A DNA stretch of 64,000 nucleotides from Kondoa subrosea (Eukaryota): the NCBI GenBank assembly GCA_039545335.1, contig BCIN01000006.1:868001-932000 (forward strand), given 5' to 3'. Every line of letters starts with the position of its first letter. Positions within the stretch are counted from its first letter, which is position 1. The notes under the pieces were generated by a model. The model saw nothing but the letters and a program-made list of their open reading frames with translations, was not told the origin of the DNA and did not search any database. This document shows positions 12,818-25,995 of the stretch, piece after piece. The position numbers were made by a program, and so were the translations under genes.

Positions 12818-13856
12818 CTATGCGAATTCTGTTGCTTTGCCACTCTACAAGGATGATGAGCATCAAAAAGACGCGGCAATAAACCACACTTACCACTAGC
12901 AGACCGACAATCACTGCGTTTAAAGGTTAGCATGGTTTTTGAGCAAAATTGATCGACCTACAACCAAACAGACCTGTGGAATCGAATCAGCACATAGATA
13001 GAGCAGACAGTAGAGTTATGACTGACCCAGAATAGAGCTGAAAACCTCTACGACTAGAATCTTAACAAACAAACTTGGATCCGAAGCGTCCGCTAAAGCA
13101 GCGTTGGAGCCTGAAATACCGACAGCGATACCACAGAGCATGTTGCACATGCCCATAGTTAGACCTCCCCAGAAGAGCGAATAGCCTGTAAAGTAATTGC
13201 TTTGTGTGTAAAGGAGTTCTGAAGTTGCTGCGGAGGATATTTTGGAGGAGAAGACGATGGCTGATGCAAAGTGTTAGCGAAACATGAAAGAGATCGCTGA
13301 ATGAGCCTACAGCCAATAACACCGTAGATGCCGACCTGTACAGACAAAATGCTGAGTGACATATTTCACTTGAATCACTTGGCAAACGTACAACTTCGCA
13401 AAAGATGATACTTCGAATCATACGATTAGACTATAACGGGAGCTAGAAGGAGCTAGCCTACCTGATCAAGTTCTTTGTTCTAATTCTCGGCGCTCGCACA
13501 CCTCCTCCCAGAATCGAGCTGCCAGTAATGAAGATACCCCTGTCCCGCGTATCAGCTCTATCCCAACACTTGCAGGAATGATCGGAAGGGCTGACCATCC
13601 AGCTCCAATAACGCTCAAACCGATATTGAGACCAATTCCAGTCATTGCCCATCCATAAGGAGAAGTCGTTTCCAGGAAATCACCAATATGGAAGTAACCA
13701 GGTGGTGCAGCGAAGATTACATCTGTGTAGAGCAGAGCTTGTAAGATGGGAGAGACCGTGCATTTCGCATTTCGAAAACTAACAGAGTCCAAAGCTGATT
13801 GCGATGAGCAGCAGCAACAGGAAGTAGTATCCTGTTAGACTGTAGAGGTAGGCCAT
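12818..13856 (-). CDS. VMA16: V-type H+-ATPase proteolipid subunit c'', many small exons
   Basis: [67 protein letters not shown]...[37 protein letters not shown]. Confidence 0.93.
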
Positions 13857-14120
13857 TTGAGCTGGTCTACAGGCTGCAATGAGAGGCCTCAAGCTGGATT
13901 TGGCGGTTTGAATCCAATCTTGCACAATCTTGTGCTTGCGCGCGAGTCCAACAAAATGTGGCAAGTGAAGAAGTCGCTATAAGCTATTACAATTACTATC
14001 TTACATTCGTCAGAGTCCATATTCTCACCCACACGACATCGCTCCTGCTGCAGACGCTCAATACCAAAAACCCCAACTTCAGCTGTCAATTAGCAACGAT
14101 CCTCGAACGCGCGCATGCCC

Positions 14121-16053
14121 TCAAAAACCAGCTCCATTAGGTCGACCTCCACTTTCCCAGAAGTATTTCTCAAAGTTCTTCAACCGCTCCTCATCAGACC
14201 AGGCTGTTTCCACCATGGGGTCGTCCCATGAAATACTTGATGGAGCCAGCTTGCTTTCAAGCTTCTGTTTAGGAATCCGACGATCTTCCCAACCCAAATC
14301 TAAGCAATTCATATACTCTGCTGTCGAATGCCACCAAGTATGCAACCCTTTTTCCGAAACTGCTCTGTTTCTTGCTGCTGGAGAAGGAGGTGTATTGATA
14401 GCATTGCCCGAGAAGTCGACGTTAGCTAGATGATCACAATCGAGATCGTCTTTTGTCGATAGAGCTGCTCGATGAGTTGATCCCCAAATTCCCTCGTCTG
14501 TTGAATTGGACGAGAAAGATATTGTGGACGGTAGTGTCTTGAGCATATTTGCATGAACAAAGAGCGGCTTGCCTAGATGATCATATTGCAGCCTGAGGAG
14601 CACCCTATGAGTATTGACAAATGAGACGATGAGCGACACTTACATTGTATGACCACAGAATTCTGCAGATCGATGTTTTCCCCAAGAAGCAGATCCTAAA
14701 TATGCACCAGGAACTGCCCATCGCTTTCTCAAAGCGAGCATTGCGATTCTGCTCAGCCACTTATGATTCAGCTCTCGCAAGGCAAAACACATAACTCATC
14801 TAAACTCACCGGAACAGATCCTTATCTCCATCTGACATACTGAACCAAGTTTGATACCTTGCTAGCATATAATCGGTAAGATGAAGAGCATCCAAATGTT
14901 TGCTTTTATCAACCAAAACCTGACCAGCTTCCTGATCCCACTCATCCCTACATTGAGTTCCTATAATTTGCCAAAAGGGATTCTGAGGAACAGATAGGTC
15001 TTTCCAATAATCAGGCCAGAACAAAGCTCCTAATCTTTTGAATCCGGGTGCTTCAAAGATCGATTCAGGTCCTTCTAAAGATGCAGCTGGCATATTATCT
15101 GAATCGAGATAGAGAACTTCACGGAAAGAAGATTTTATGATTGCTTTGGCTTTGATATGCCAATTTTTGACTCGTGAGGGATCTTTATGTAAAGAAGGAA
15201 GTTGACGAAGACGAGCATTGTATTTGACAAATTCGGGAAAGAGTGCTTCAGAGGGTAGCTCGCCTGGGAAGGAGAAGATTTCGACCGGTAGATTGGTGGA
15301 ATAATGATTGCGTAACATCTTCAAGGTGACCAAAACGCGATCAAAGGTATCCTGCACGTAGACTGTGAGCACGCATTTACCATGACCAATAGATAATCTT
15401 ACAGCATTTCCAGCAGTGAAGACAAGTCCTCAGCCCTTACCATAATAGGTACTGTTGAAATAGCCAGCATCCTTCTGTGATCGCAGAAAACGCTGCATAT
15501 CTTCTCTAGTTCTTTTCACCTCTGTAGGGTCTTTACGATATCTGTATAAGATCCTCCATCAGCTCGCAATCGAATAATTGTGTACATACTACATACATCT
15601 CCCATTCTTGCTTTGGTGGACGAGTGTTAGAGCAGGTTTCGGAGTGAAAGGTCTCCCAGCTATCGGCCGTAGATACAGGCATGCTATTCCAAGCTGCCAA
15701 ACGGGCATCCAAAGTTGCATCGAGTGGTAACGGCGGAGTAGGAGATGGCCAAACTTCATGATCATCGGGCAGAATGAAGGGAAGACTTGATTCAGATGAT
15801 ACTGATGAGTCAAGAGACTCAAATCGCGAGTAGCTAGAAAAGCCAAATAAAGCGACAAAGGTAGTTGCGACCGCAAATAGAAGAATCAGGCCTGGCTTTT
15901 GCCTTAAGCTTGCTCGTAAAGATGTAGCAGCTACACTATGAGCTGTAGATGATCTCGCTTGATGTTCTGCTTGATTTCATTAGTAATGCAATCTCGCAAC
16001 TATACAAAGTCATTTGACCGACCTGGCAATAGAGCATATTTGACACGTGACAT
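14121..16053 (-). CDS. GT71 (Mannosyl_trans3; MNN2/MNN1-like) alpha-mannosyltransferase, type II membrane protein, with one in-frame TGA at 15430-15432
   Basis: N-terminal TM (LILLFAVATTFVALFGF), G*GLVFTAGNADT, LPVEIF, KAKAIIKSSFREVLYLDSDN, GALFWPDYWK, QEAGQVLVDKSKH, GDKDLFR, LFVHANMLK. Confidence 0.85.
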
Positions 16054-16348
16054 CTTTCAAGGCAAAGGGAGACGAAAGACGAAGGTAAACCGTTTCTGAT
16101 GTGTGAAGCAAGGCGATGCTTACTCATCATACAGTCACAGTGCTTCCAAATGCCCTTTCGAAACACGAAGTCGGGAAGAGAGGGTAGGACAATTTCGTGA
16201 CACTGGTGGCAGCGACTGTGCCGCTGACTGTCCATGGACTTTCATGTACTCAATCGAAGAACATCGTGCTCAGCTAAAAACTTTGAAGAGATAAACTTGC
16301 CTCTGCTTGGGTATTACCTGCCTCACGACGTGGCTGCTTCTCTGGTCT

Positions 16349-18599
16349 ATGCCGACGCATGGTGTAGCTACTCTGCTGGTAGCATTGGTCTTGGTCTTTG
16401 CGAGCTATCTCTATTCGCGTGCATCAAGCAAAACAAGACCAAATCTGTATTCAAGCAAGATAACAGAGGCAGCAGAGCACACTGGTTCTCTTCAAGGTCC
16501 TGCTTCCATTCATGATCCAGGTTTACCAGGCAAAATCGTGGCTTTCGACCCAGCTACAGGATATCGCCTAGCTACCTTTCCTTCTCTGCCACCTAAAGAA
16601 GTCCGCACTGCTCTAGAACGCGCTCACAAAGCTTCTTTGTCCTTCCGTCTTTCGTCCTTCGATCACCGTAGACGAATCCTCAAACATCTTCTACAATGGG
16701 TGTTGGACAATCAAGCACCGATAGCGAAACTTTGCGCGAGGGATAGCGGCAAGACTATGGTCGATGCTGCTCTGGGAGAAATCTTGACTACGGTAGAGAA
16801 GTTGCGCTGGGTTATTGCAAATGGAGAGCATTGCTTGAAGCCAGATCATCGCTGGTAAGTCAACTCAAAGTCTAGCAGATATTAGTCTCATGAAACAGAT
16901 AGGAATAATCTATTGCTAGCTCATAAAAGGTCATACGTTGTTTACGAACCGCTAGGCCTTGTTTCGGCAATCGTATCCTGGAATTATCGTGAGTCTCATC
17001 CAAATTAGTACTACTTTGCTTATAATTCCCTCATCCAGCTTTCCACAATCTTATATCACCGTCAGTGCACAAGTCCTACTTGTAGCAGATCTCATTGTAC
17101 GACAGGATTATTGCTGCCATCATCACAGGCAATAGCATTGTGAGCTTCCTGCAAATTATGATGACTCATGCTGATTTGTCAAGAGGTCGTCAAAACAAGC
17201 GAACAAGTAGCCTACTCCTCACACTATTTCGGACAAGCGATTAGAGAGTGTCTAGAGCAATGCGATCAAGATCCAGAAATAGTTCAAGTAGTAAGTCTCT
17301 TTTGCCTCTCTGGACTGGAAATGTACTCATAGAATCACAGCTCGTAGCTTGCGAAGCAGAAGCAGCCAAAGAAATCACTTCATTTGAGCAAATGGGCCAC
17401 GTACTCTTCATTGGTTCGGAACCTGTTGGACGCGAAGTAGCTATGCTAGCTGGCAAACATGGCGTTCAAGTAGCTTTGGAGCTAGGAGGAAAGGTCAGTC
17501 CACTCATTCCAGTCAAACCACGTCGCTGAACTTTCGTGCAGGACCCTTGTATTGTTCTACCTTCTGCCGATATCAAGTACTTCTGCAAGACTTTCCTACG
17601 TGGTGCTTTTCAGAGTGCTGGACAGAACTGTATTGGTATTGAGCGCTTTTTGGTGCATACCGATATATACCAAGATTTCATCGAAATGGTCCAACCTAAA
17701 GTCGCTGATCTAGCATTGGGAGCTCCTTTAGCTAATCATGGAAAACGAGTCGATATGGGAAGTATGATCAGTAATAGACCTATAGCACAACTGGAACGGC
17801 TGATTGAGCAAGCGGTAAAAGATGGTGCGAGATTGTTGGTTGGAGGAAAGAGATGGACGAACCCTTCGAATCCAGATGGTCATTACTTTCAACCTACTCT
17901 TCTCGTTGATGTGACTTCGAAGATGGAGATATCTAGAACTGAATTGTAAGTTTATGTCTAGCTTTTAATGCCTTGCTGACATTGAGGCAGATTTGGGCCG
18001 GTCATGCTGGTCATGAAGGGAAATAGTGCAGAAGAGTTGACCGATCTAGCCAATTCCACTCGCTTTGGTTTAGGTGCTTCAGTATTCGTAGGTTCAGCCT
18101 CACTTGCCTTATCAATTGTTCATATACTTCCTTCCAGGGTAGCGATCGTCAGCAGTGCAGACAAGTCGCCTCCAGATTGCAATGTGGCATGGTATCGATT
18201 AATGATTTCGCTGTGTATTAGTGCGTATTTCCTTATAAAGGATCAGCTAGATCTCAATGAGTCGTTAGCTTGAATCAAGGTCTTCCATTTGGCGGAGTCA
18301 AGGCATCAGGTTTCGGTCGATTCGGCGGAGCTGAAGGCCTGCGAGCTTTGTGCAGTACTAAATCGATATGCGAAGATCGCTTTCATGGTTGGCTGCAGAC
18401 GTCCATACCTGCTCCTCTTGTTCGTCTTCCTTTTTGGACAATTGTGTTGGCTCATGCAGTTTTCCAGGCCTATCCTATAGAAAATGCAGCAAACAGTTGG
18501 GCTTTTGTGTCTGGTCTTATCACAATGATCTATGCGCCTTGGTCAGAAGCAGGGCGAGGGTTGTTACAATTAGTCAAAGCTGCATTGAAGAAGAAATAG
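16349..18599 (+). CDS. MSC7: Aldehyde dehydrogenase, Msc7-like, with N-terminal TM segment (start approximate)
   Basis: FDPATG, DSGKTMVDAALGEILTTVEKLRW, YEPLGLVSAIVSWNY, FIGSEPVG, LELGGKDP, SAGQNCIGIER (catalytic Cys), ELFGPV, NQGLPFGGVKASGFGRFGGAEGLR. Confidence 0.88.
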
Positions 18600-18752
18600 T
18601 AAACTAATATATATAACGCATGTATGGCAGTCAGCCCTCGTGTCACACAATTGAAGTCCCACTTTTGCGACACAAGAGATATCTGACAGCATGTCAATTT
18701 ACTATTGCTTATCATGCCCCAGCCGTTCCTGCTTCCGCATAGCTGTCATAGC

Positions 18753-19685
18753 TCATTGTCCGCATCCAAACCAGCTCCTGATACGCCTGCGTTGCGAGCC
18801 TGCATTAGCCATGCGCTTCTCATCGTCGTATGCGGGAGGAGCTTCGACAAGAGGCTTCTCGCTTTCTACCGGAGACTCGCTTTCGACTGAAGACTCGACT
18901 GCCACAAAAGGTACAGGTTGCTCTTCGTACATTCGCAATACAGTATCCAAATATTCTGAAAGGACCGAAATGAGCATACAGATGCAATAGATGCAAGACT
19001 ACAACGTACGAAGTTGTGACTGGCCAATCTCGACCAATTTAAGATAGAAGAAAGCATGATGGAATTGTTCCCAAGCAACACGTTGGAATTCTCTGAATGG
19101 TAAGAAAGGAGAAGCACATCAGATTTAAGATCATGACCAGTCAGCGAAACGCACCTGTCTAGCCGATGTTTATGCGCCAGTCCTTCACCGAAAGCATCTA
19201 CATCGATCATCTCGTCCCCTTCGGTCGCACCTTTGTTGCTAGTCTCCCACAAAGCTTTTCGAAAATAGATCAAAGCTTCCATAACTTTAGCTCGAGATGC
19301 TTCGACCACTTCTTTACTGTCGAGGAGAGGATCATCTTCCGAATTCAAGTAGCTCTAATAGCCACCTTTCCAATTGAGCGAAAGATCGTGAAAGGGAGAG
19401 AAGAATACTTACATAACGCAGTCTCTCCAAAACTTCGCAGGCAACAAATTTGCATTCCCCATACAGAGACTTGTTGAAATTGAATTGCCTGACTTGGGTT
19501 GAAAAGCAGAAAGCGAGGTAAGGTTCTTGAATAGGACCTTCGAAGGACACTGTAGGCGCGGAAAGATGACCAGGCCAACAGAGGTAGTAGCGAAACGTGA
19601 AGCCATATCCGTTCGGATCGAAAGATCCAGTTGCGATATTGAAGATAGTGTTCGAAGGAAAATAGGTGGGTGCGGGACCTTTCAT
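18753..19685 (-). CDS. Hypothetical protein with a C-terminal PPAY motif
   Basis: Three consecutive protein-like ORF segments separated by ~50-nt intron-like gaps; ends ...VEAPPAYDDEKR...SWFGCGQ*. Confidence 0.5.
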
Positions 19686-20330
19686 AATGTAAGAGTGTAA
19701 AGATCTTTGAAAAGTTCCAGATAATCAGGTTATAAAGTAAGAAAGAGGAGCAGAAGAAAAAGCCAACCTGAACTCGCAGGCACGCAGACAGGGCACGAGC
19801 CCGAATCAGACCAATTTTCCTTTCCCAAAGGACAAAGGGAATAATGTGATGCAATCAAATGTAATGCAATTACGCTAAAGACGCGTTTCTGCGCGACGGA
19901 AGGTGATGCTCAGAGCCGTAGGCACACGACTCGAATCACGAGAGCTGGCGTTGCAGACTAGTTAGCTCACCAAAGTCAGCAATACAGGGTTGTGAAGACT
20001 CACCACTTTCATCCAGGCTATAGCCGAAGATCCTTTCAAAAAATATATATATGCAAAAGCAAGAAACAGCAACACGAGAGAATAGAAGATCAAGGAGAAA
20101 ACGATACTTTCCGACTACTGTATTGCATTTGATGACATTTTATTACAAGAGAGAAAAGAAAAAAAGGGTTTGAGTAAGAGTCCATTCCCCCAAAAAAAAA
20201 GAGACTTCCATTTTGTGCAGCGCTTTACAGGAGGGTTTGACGGTGATAAAACGAGTGTGGGTGTGTAATGTAACGACAACGATCTTGCTTTTACAAAGGG
20301 GGATAAATAAGTTCAATGATTTGCGTCTTG

Positions 20331-21652
20331 CTACGAAAGTCGACGTTGATGTTTATGCATCCTCTTGACTAGAGCTGATCTTGCTGGGATAGTTGCCGAA
20401 GAAGTTGCTGCGCCGCCGCCTCGCACCCTTGTTGAAGTAGTAGGTGTCGCCGGAGGTTCGTCATCATCTTGAGTATTTGCTAAAGGTATGACAGGAGCAG
20501 TGGTGAGAGGTGAAGATCTTCTTGTGCTAGTGGTTAAAGCAGCAGTAGTAGGTTCCACCAAATCCGTCACTTGTTCAGGTGAAGCGATATTCGCATCCGC
20601 ATCCGGTACGATTGCTGCTGCAGACGTTCTGATTATTGATTGGACGGCCACTGGTGCTGTAGTTTGAGGAATTTGACCAGCTGTTCCCGAGCCTCCTCCG
20701 CCAGCTGCGTTGAACCCAGATCGAACAACTGAACTCGTTCCGCCTAGTCCGAAATCATGCTGACTTGGTGCGGTGAGTTTATTCGAGTTATCGTTATGTG
20801 TAAAGTGCCAGGCGACTGTGAGCAATCATCGGTGGTAAGCATATAAGCATGCAAGACAATTTAGATGACACTCACGACCTCCGGCTATTGCTGCCACGCA
20901 AATTAATCCAACTGCCCAAACAGACATTTTGAATTTTCTTGATCCTCTAAATTCCTTTGATAACCAAGGACTGAGCGTAGGAAAAAGAAGACATCAGATT
21001 TGAATCAGATGAGCTTTCATCCCCAAACGCACTCTGCATCACTCGTTCCCGGATGAACGCGTTTCTCAATCTCTGCTTCGTGCGCAACCATTGAAAATCT
21101 CTTCCAGAAATCTTCACCACCTCCTTCTGTTCTAGCTGGAGCTAATCGACTGTGAGACAAACGGGAATTCACAATCAGATACCAGACTTTGATGTGAGGT
21201 ATTCGCAATGCTCACTCATTATCTGGATCTGTACGGGATACAGCACTGCCATTCAATGTTTGAGAAGAAGGTGAATGTAATAGATTCTTTGGTGCTGCTA
21301 GACTATCGGTAGAAGATAAGGTAGGTGAAGGAGGGGCAGCGAAAGCAGCTCTTGGTGGATCAACAAAAGGATTAGCTGGAGAAGCGACTTGGACTTGTAA
21401 GTGCGGTCTAGGTGGTGGATAAGATTGTTGACCTATCGGAGGACGTTGGTTGTATGGACTGTTTGGTTGATAAGAAGGTTGCACAGGTGAGATAGATCTA
21501 GGCTGTTGTTGGTACTGTTGGCCTTTGACTGGTGACGTTTGAGCTCTTTGACCTCCTGCTAATGGTTGCTGCATTGGCCTTCCTTGCTGCTGTACTTGGC
21601 GCATATCCATTCCTCTCTGTCCCTGCCCTTGATTGTATTGTGCTTGAGGCAT
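20331..21652 (-). CDS. Single-pass membrane protein: Q/P-rich N-terminus, TM, S/T-rich C-terminus
   Basis: Exons MPQAQYNQ..., GEDFWKRFSMVAHEAE, SPWLSKEFRGSRKFKMSVWAVGLICVAAIAGG (TM) and VAWHFTH...T/A-rich tail; GT-AG introns. Confidence 0.65.
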
Positions 21653-22277
21653 GCTAGCTGGTCAGTCGAGATGAGAAGCTTCAAACAGGACACGAGCGGA
21701 GAAGCAAGTCCTTTTGAGACAGAAAATAACAAAAAAAGTCAACACCCAGACTTCCGGCAACGCATCATTGCGATCTGGACTAACCTTGTGTTTGTAGTAT
21801 AACTGTATATGTATGTTCTTGTACTAGTGAAAGATTGAAAGAGACCTGCTCTTTTACAACAGAATTCACTCGCGGTCCGATGACTTTGTAAAGAAAAGCC
21901 GTTGCTAAGTGGGTGTGTAAACGAGTGTGAGTAAAGGGCTGAACGAGAATGAAATGGCGAGGCTGGTTGTGCGAGAGAACGAGAGCAGACGCGCAACGTT
22001 GGCTAGAAAAGAGAAGAGAGTCAAGAAGGGGAACGAAACATATAAAAAGAACTGAAAGCGGTTCGAGCGGACACAGCCACCTATTTTGGAGTACTGAAAT
22101 GATAGCGCTCAGCGCAAACATGCATTAAACCCTCGAATCGTGACCCTAATGGTATTACTGTAAAATGAGCGAGAAACACACATGAAACTGCTTTCCTTCC
22201 CTCCAACCGATCGCATACAAACACCACCAAAACCACAGGGCTCTTGAGACATAAGGAAGAAAGGACAGAGACGTTTG

Positions 22278-24642
22278 CTATGTCGCGCTCGAAGAAGATC
22301 CAGACGTTTTCGGTTTGGGTCGAGGTGTTGAATTCTCTTCTTGATCTTCCGTAAGCAGAGCGACAAACTTGGGCTGTGAGAAAGAAAATGAATGTCAGCA
22401 TATAACATGCGAACATCTCCATCAAACGCACCGTCCTGATAAACTTTGGAACTTGATCCGTTGCCAGTAATCTAAAAATATGATCCTGAATCTTTTCATA
22501 ATGCCTCAACAATGTTTGAACTTGTGTCGCCCTCAATGCGATGGAAGGCATTTCAGAAGCTAGAGAATCGGAATCTTTCTCCAGCGAAGGTGAAGAAATT
22601 GGTACTTTCTTGTTGTTTGGTATCGTCCCATCTGCTGCATTATCGAGCTGAGCTTTCTGGATAAAAGAAACCACATCGCCTCTTAGATTATGATCGATAT
22701 TGAGTTCGTTCTGAGACATAGGTGCCAGGTAGTTGTGGTAAATTTGCATGGCTGCTGAAACGAGATGTTGCTGATGAACTTCCATTGCTGAAGAAGCTGC
22801 GGCTGAAGAAGTTTTGTTCCCTGTTTTCTGCTTCTCGTTCCCTCCTCCAGAAGCTGATGAAGTTGTTGAGAAGCGTCGACGGAATTCTGAAACGTCCAAC
22901 CAAAACCCAAGATTTTCATCACAGTAATTACTTCTTAGGTATTCTCGGAACAATGCTCGCAGTGCTGGTTCTTCAAGAATGGCCCTCAATCGATTTGTAG
23001 AAGAATGTTGTTCTTTGGCCCAATTGCCAGGTTCTGTTAAATCGGAGGAATTGAAGAGATCTCGAAGTTGTCTTGAAATGAGGAAATGCGAATCCACGGC
23101 ATCTGACATTGCTGATCCCATGCCCATTCCACCATTCCCACTTGGTCTTCCACCGGCGTTTGAATCTTTATGCCGTACGGAACCCGATCTTTGGGAGGAA
23201 GCATCGTCGTCGAAACTTCCGTCCGATGATAGCTTAGGCATCATTTGAGAAGATTGACCATTGACGTGCGGTGCGTTAGGTATTGTATTCGGTCCTTTGG
23301 CCAACCTCATGCCTTCTTCTGAAATCCGATAAGTAACTCTTGTTCCCCATCTAAATTCCGCGTTGGCTGATGAAGTTGATCCATTGAGTCCTTCGGATTT
23401 CACTTCCACTATCACCAGTTTATCCCCCGATCGAGATTTATCTTGATGCATAACAACGAAACCCATTCTCACAAAATGACCCAACATTTCAGCAGCTTCA
23501 TCCCTGCAAACGCAAGTAGTGAAATCCAATAACCAATCCACTGCCGATTGAGAAGAAAAGACTTGTTTAATGACCACAAAAACACCAGCTTTGTTCTTGT
23601 CCGCCACGTCTTGCAGTTCTACACCTGAACTTCTATCGAATCTAGCTGGTGGTGATGCACCTTCTACAAAAGGTCTTGGTTGTTGAGACCGACTTGGATC
23701 TACTGGATCGAAAACATAGTTTGGATGCCTTCCTCCTGCAAAGCGCTTAAAAACAGTTTCCACTATCGTTTTCGATATAATGATGTCGTCGTCTTGTGGA
23801 TGTCGATCTAGATAGACAAGCTTCATGCAGATGGGTTGAGAAACGAAGACTTTGACTAGACTATCTGCTGCTATTCCATTCTTGCTGATGAACCTTTCAA
23901 GAACATGCAGACCTTTAGGAGTGATTTGAAAGATGCCTCTTTCTTTGAAGACTAGAGAAGTAGGATCTGTTGCGTTTTCTACCAAACGGGCGTCCATAAA
24001 ATGTTGACATATTCCTTTGGCTATATCTCGTGACATGCTGAAAGTCGTTGTTGTCGTTGTTGTAATGATTCGAGAAGGGTCGTTAGGGTCTGCTGTTCTA
24101 TTGGATTGAGAGAAACGTAAAGAAGCCAAGTTTGTAGCTGCATCGTCTGTCGTGAAAGAATTTGCATAAGTGCGGAAGAATCGGGTATTGTTCTTGAGCT
24201 CCAAGGAGACCATAAGAGTTGCAAAGAGATCATGAGTGTCCTGTGTATTATTCGATATTTGAGCACGCGGAGCAACAAGGCAGATAGATGCACTGACCTT
24301 GCAAAAGGGATTGCCTCGTCTACCTGTTTTGAGCATATGACTCGTCTGTTGCTGTCGAGCTTTTTCGGCGGCACTGCTCATCTTGCCCCTCGCAGCAGAA
24401 TTGCGTTCAGCGACCGGCAATAACGGATGATTCGGTTCAGCTGATCGTTTATTAGTAGAAGCAGTAGAAGGCCGAGGTAGGACTTCAGAAGCACTCTTTG
24501 GCGCCTGGAAGGTCACTCGACCAGCCAGTTCGGAATCGATACAGAGACCGTGGTCGTTCTTGTATCGTCCAGGCTCGTCAGAGTAAGGCTTCTGGGCGAG
24601 CGAGCCGAAACTCTTTGACCGTCTGTTCGTTCGTTTGTCCAT
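22278..24642 (-). CDS. Regulator of G-protein signalling (Sst2/FlbA/Rgs1 type; DEP-DEP-RGS)
   Basis: MLKTGRRGNPFCKDTHDLFATL, NLASLRFSQSNR..DP..P.RIITTTTTTTFSM, FQITPKGLHVLERF, RGS domain LRALFREYLRSNYCDENLGFW...IYHNYLAPMSQNELNIDHNLR...RLLATDQVPKF. The last intron gives a stop at 22278-22280. Confidence 0.92.
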
Positions 24643-25995
24643 GAGTGAGGAAATACACAGATAGGTAGGACAGGACTAACCAGATTGAGCGAGGCAAGCA
24701 GGAGCTGAAACAAACGAAGGAACAGCACGAGGAGGTTGAAAGTTAGACTTCTTTCAGCCCGAACGAGAGAATGGGTCTTCTCTTCTTGTGTGCAAGACCT
24801 TCTCCCAGTAGTTGAGATTTGCTATTATACGTTGCCCAAAACTAGCTACAGCACTGATGGACCTCCCTTGCGCGGTCCTGAGCTCCTTTTGTCTTGAAAT
24901 CCCTTTCTTTTTGACCACTTTTTCAGAGCAAAGACCGCTTTGGCCTCTTTGCTTGATCGTGTGCTCTCTTTTCAGCAGAATCTGTGGCTGTTTGCTAATA
25001 AGGGAACCTCGTCGCATGTGTGTGTCTCGCAGGGCGGCAATCGCGGCTCCAAACCTTGTTTGAAACTAATTGGTCAGCGCGATATATCTGTGGTGTATGC
25101 TTTCGTTATGTAATACTCTATCCTATACTTCTGTATTGCTCTGAAGGATCTATAATTCGACGCGTTCTCATCGAAAAAACCCGCTTTCGATGTTTGATCG
25201 AATGTTTTCTCGTTTTCACCAGCTCCACAAAGCTCATCATCTCCTGTCGATCCTTCGATGATCACAAAGATCGCACTGTCGCGGCTTCTACTTTTTTAAC
25301 ATGGCTTTTCTTTTTCTGCTCAGATGGGATTCCAGATTAACCGGACATTCCCTTGATGCTTTTTAAGTTCGAGTGCTACTGCTCCCGCTGTTTACTACAG
25401 CTCAAGTGATCGCTATTGATGTGTATTCAACTTGAATGTGCCAGACCTGTTCCAGTGCTGTTTGACTTGTAATAATCTTTGCCAATTCCTTCCCATCTGT
25501 CTTTGCTCGCTCACATTGTTGTAGAAACGCATGCTCTATGTGACCTGTGCGGTCGTGTGGGGTTCTAAGATCTGGAGCATAACAGACTCCCGCATGGCGG
25601 ATAATTCTTGACTGCCCAGAAATGCTGTACTGAAGTGGATAATCCTTGCATGTCGATGATCAAATCACTATAAATCCGTTGCAGCTTCATGAGAGCTCTA
25701 CGAATGCTTTGATCCCAGAGTACCAGTCCTCGTACGGGCTCTTGTGAGATGCTGTAGACTTTTATCATGTCTGGCTTCACGATGTCGCATTCGATCTTTG
25801 TCTAAGTAGTGCTAAGGATGAGTGGCTCAGCTACAGCTGTATCTACTTCGTATGAGCAGTGATGATGCTATAATATTACGTAATGCCGTTTCTCGTCTTT
25901 CAAATCTTGAAATTGGCGCTTGCTTTTGACCACGAGTCCGTCCTATACGAGCTCGATCCTCAACATAAGGCACCGCAACACGAAGCGAAGCTAAG

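Noticed and set aside
15429..15440. 12-nt GTAAGGGCTGAG mini-intron that would remove the GT71 TGA
   Set aside because: Far shorter than the ~45-60 nt introns in this window, with no room for a branch point.
22081..24642. 853-aa single-exon RGS ORF in the track
   Set aside because: It reads through an in-frame intron (about 24243-24296) and past the last donor near 22433. The spliced protein ends at 22278.
24643..25995. Pheromone-response elements in the long RGS upstream region
   Set aside because: Only one TGAAACA (24706-24712) was seen; a single 7-mer match is too weak to call without clustering or conservation.
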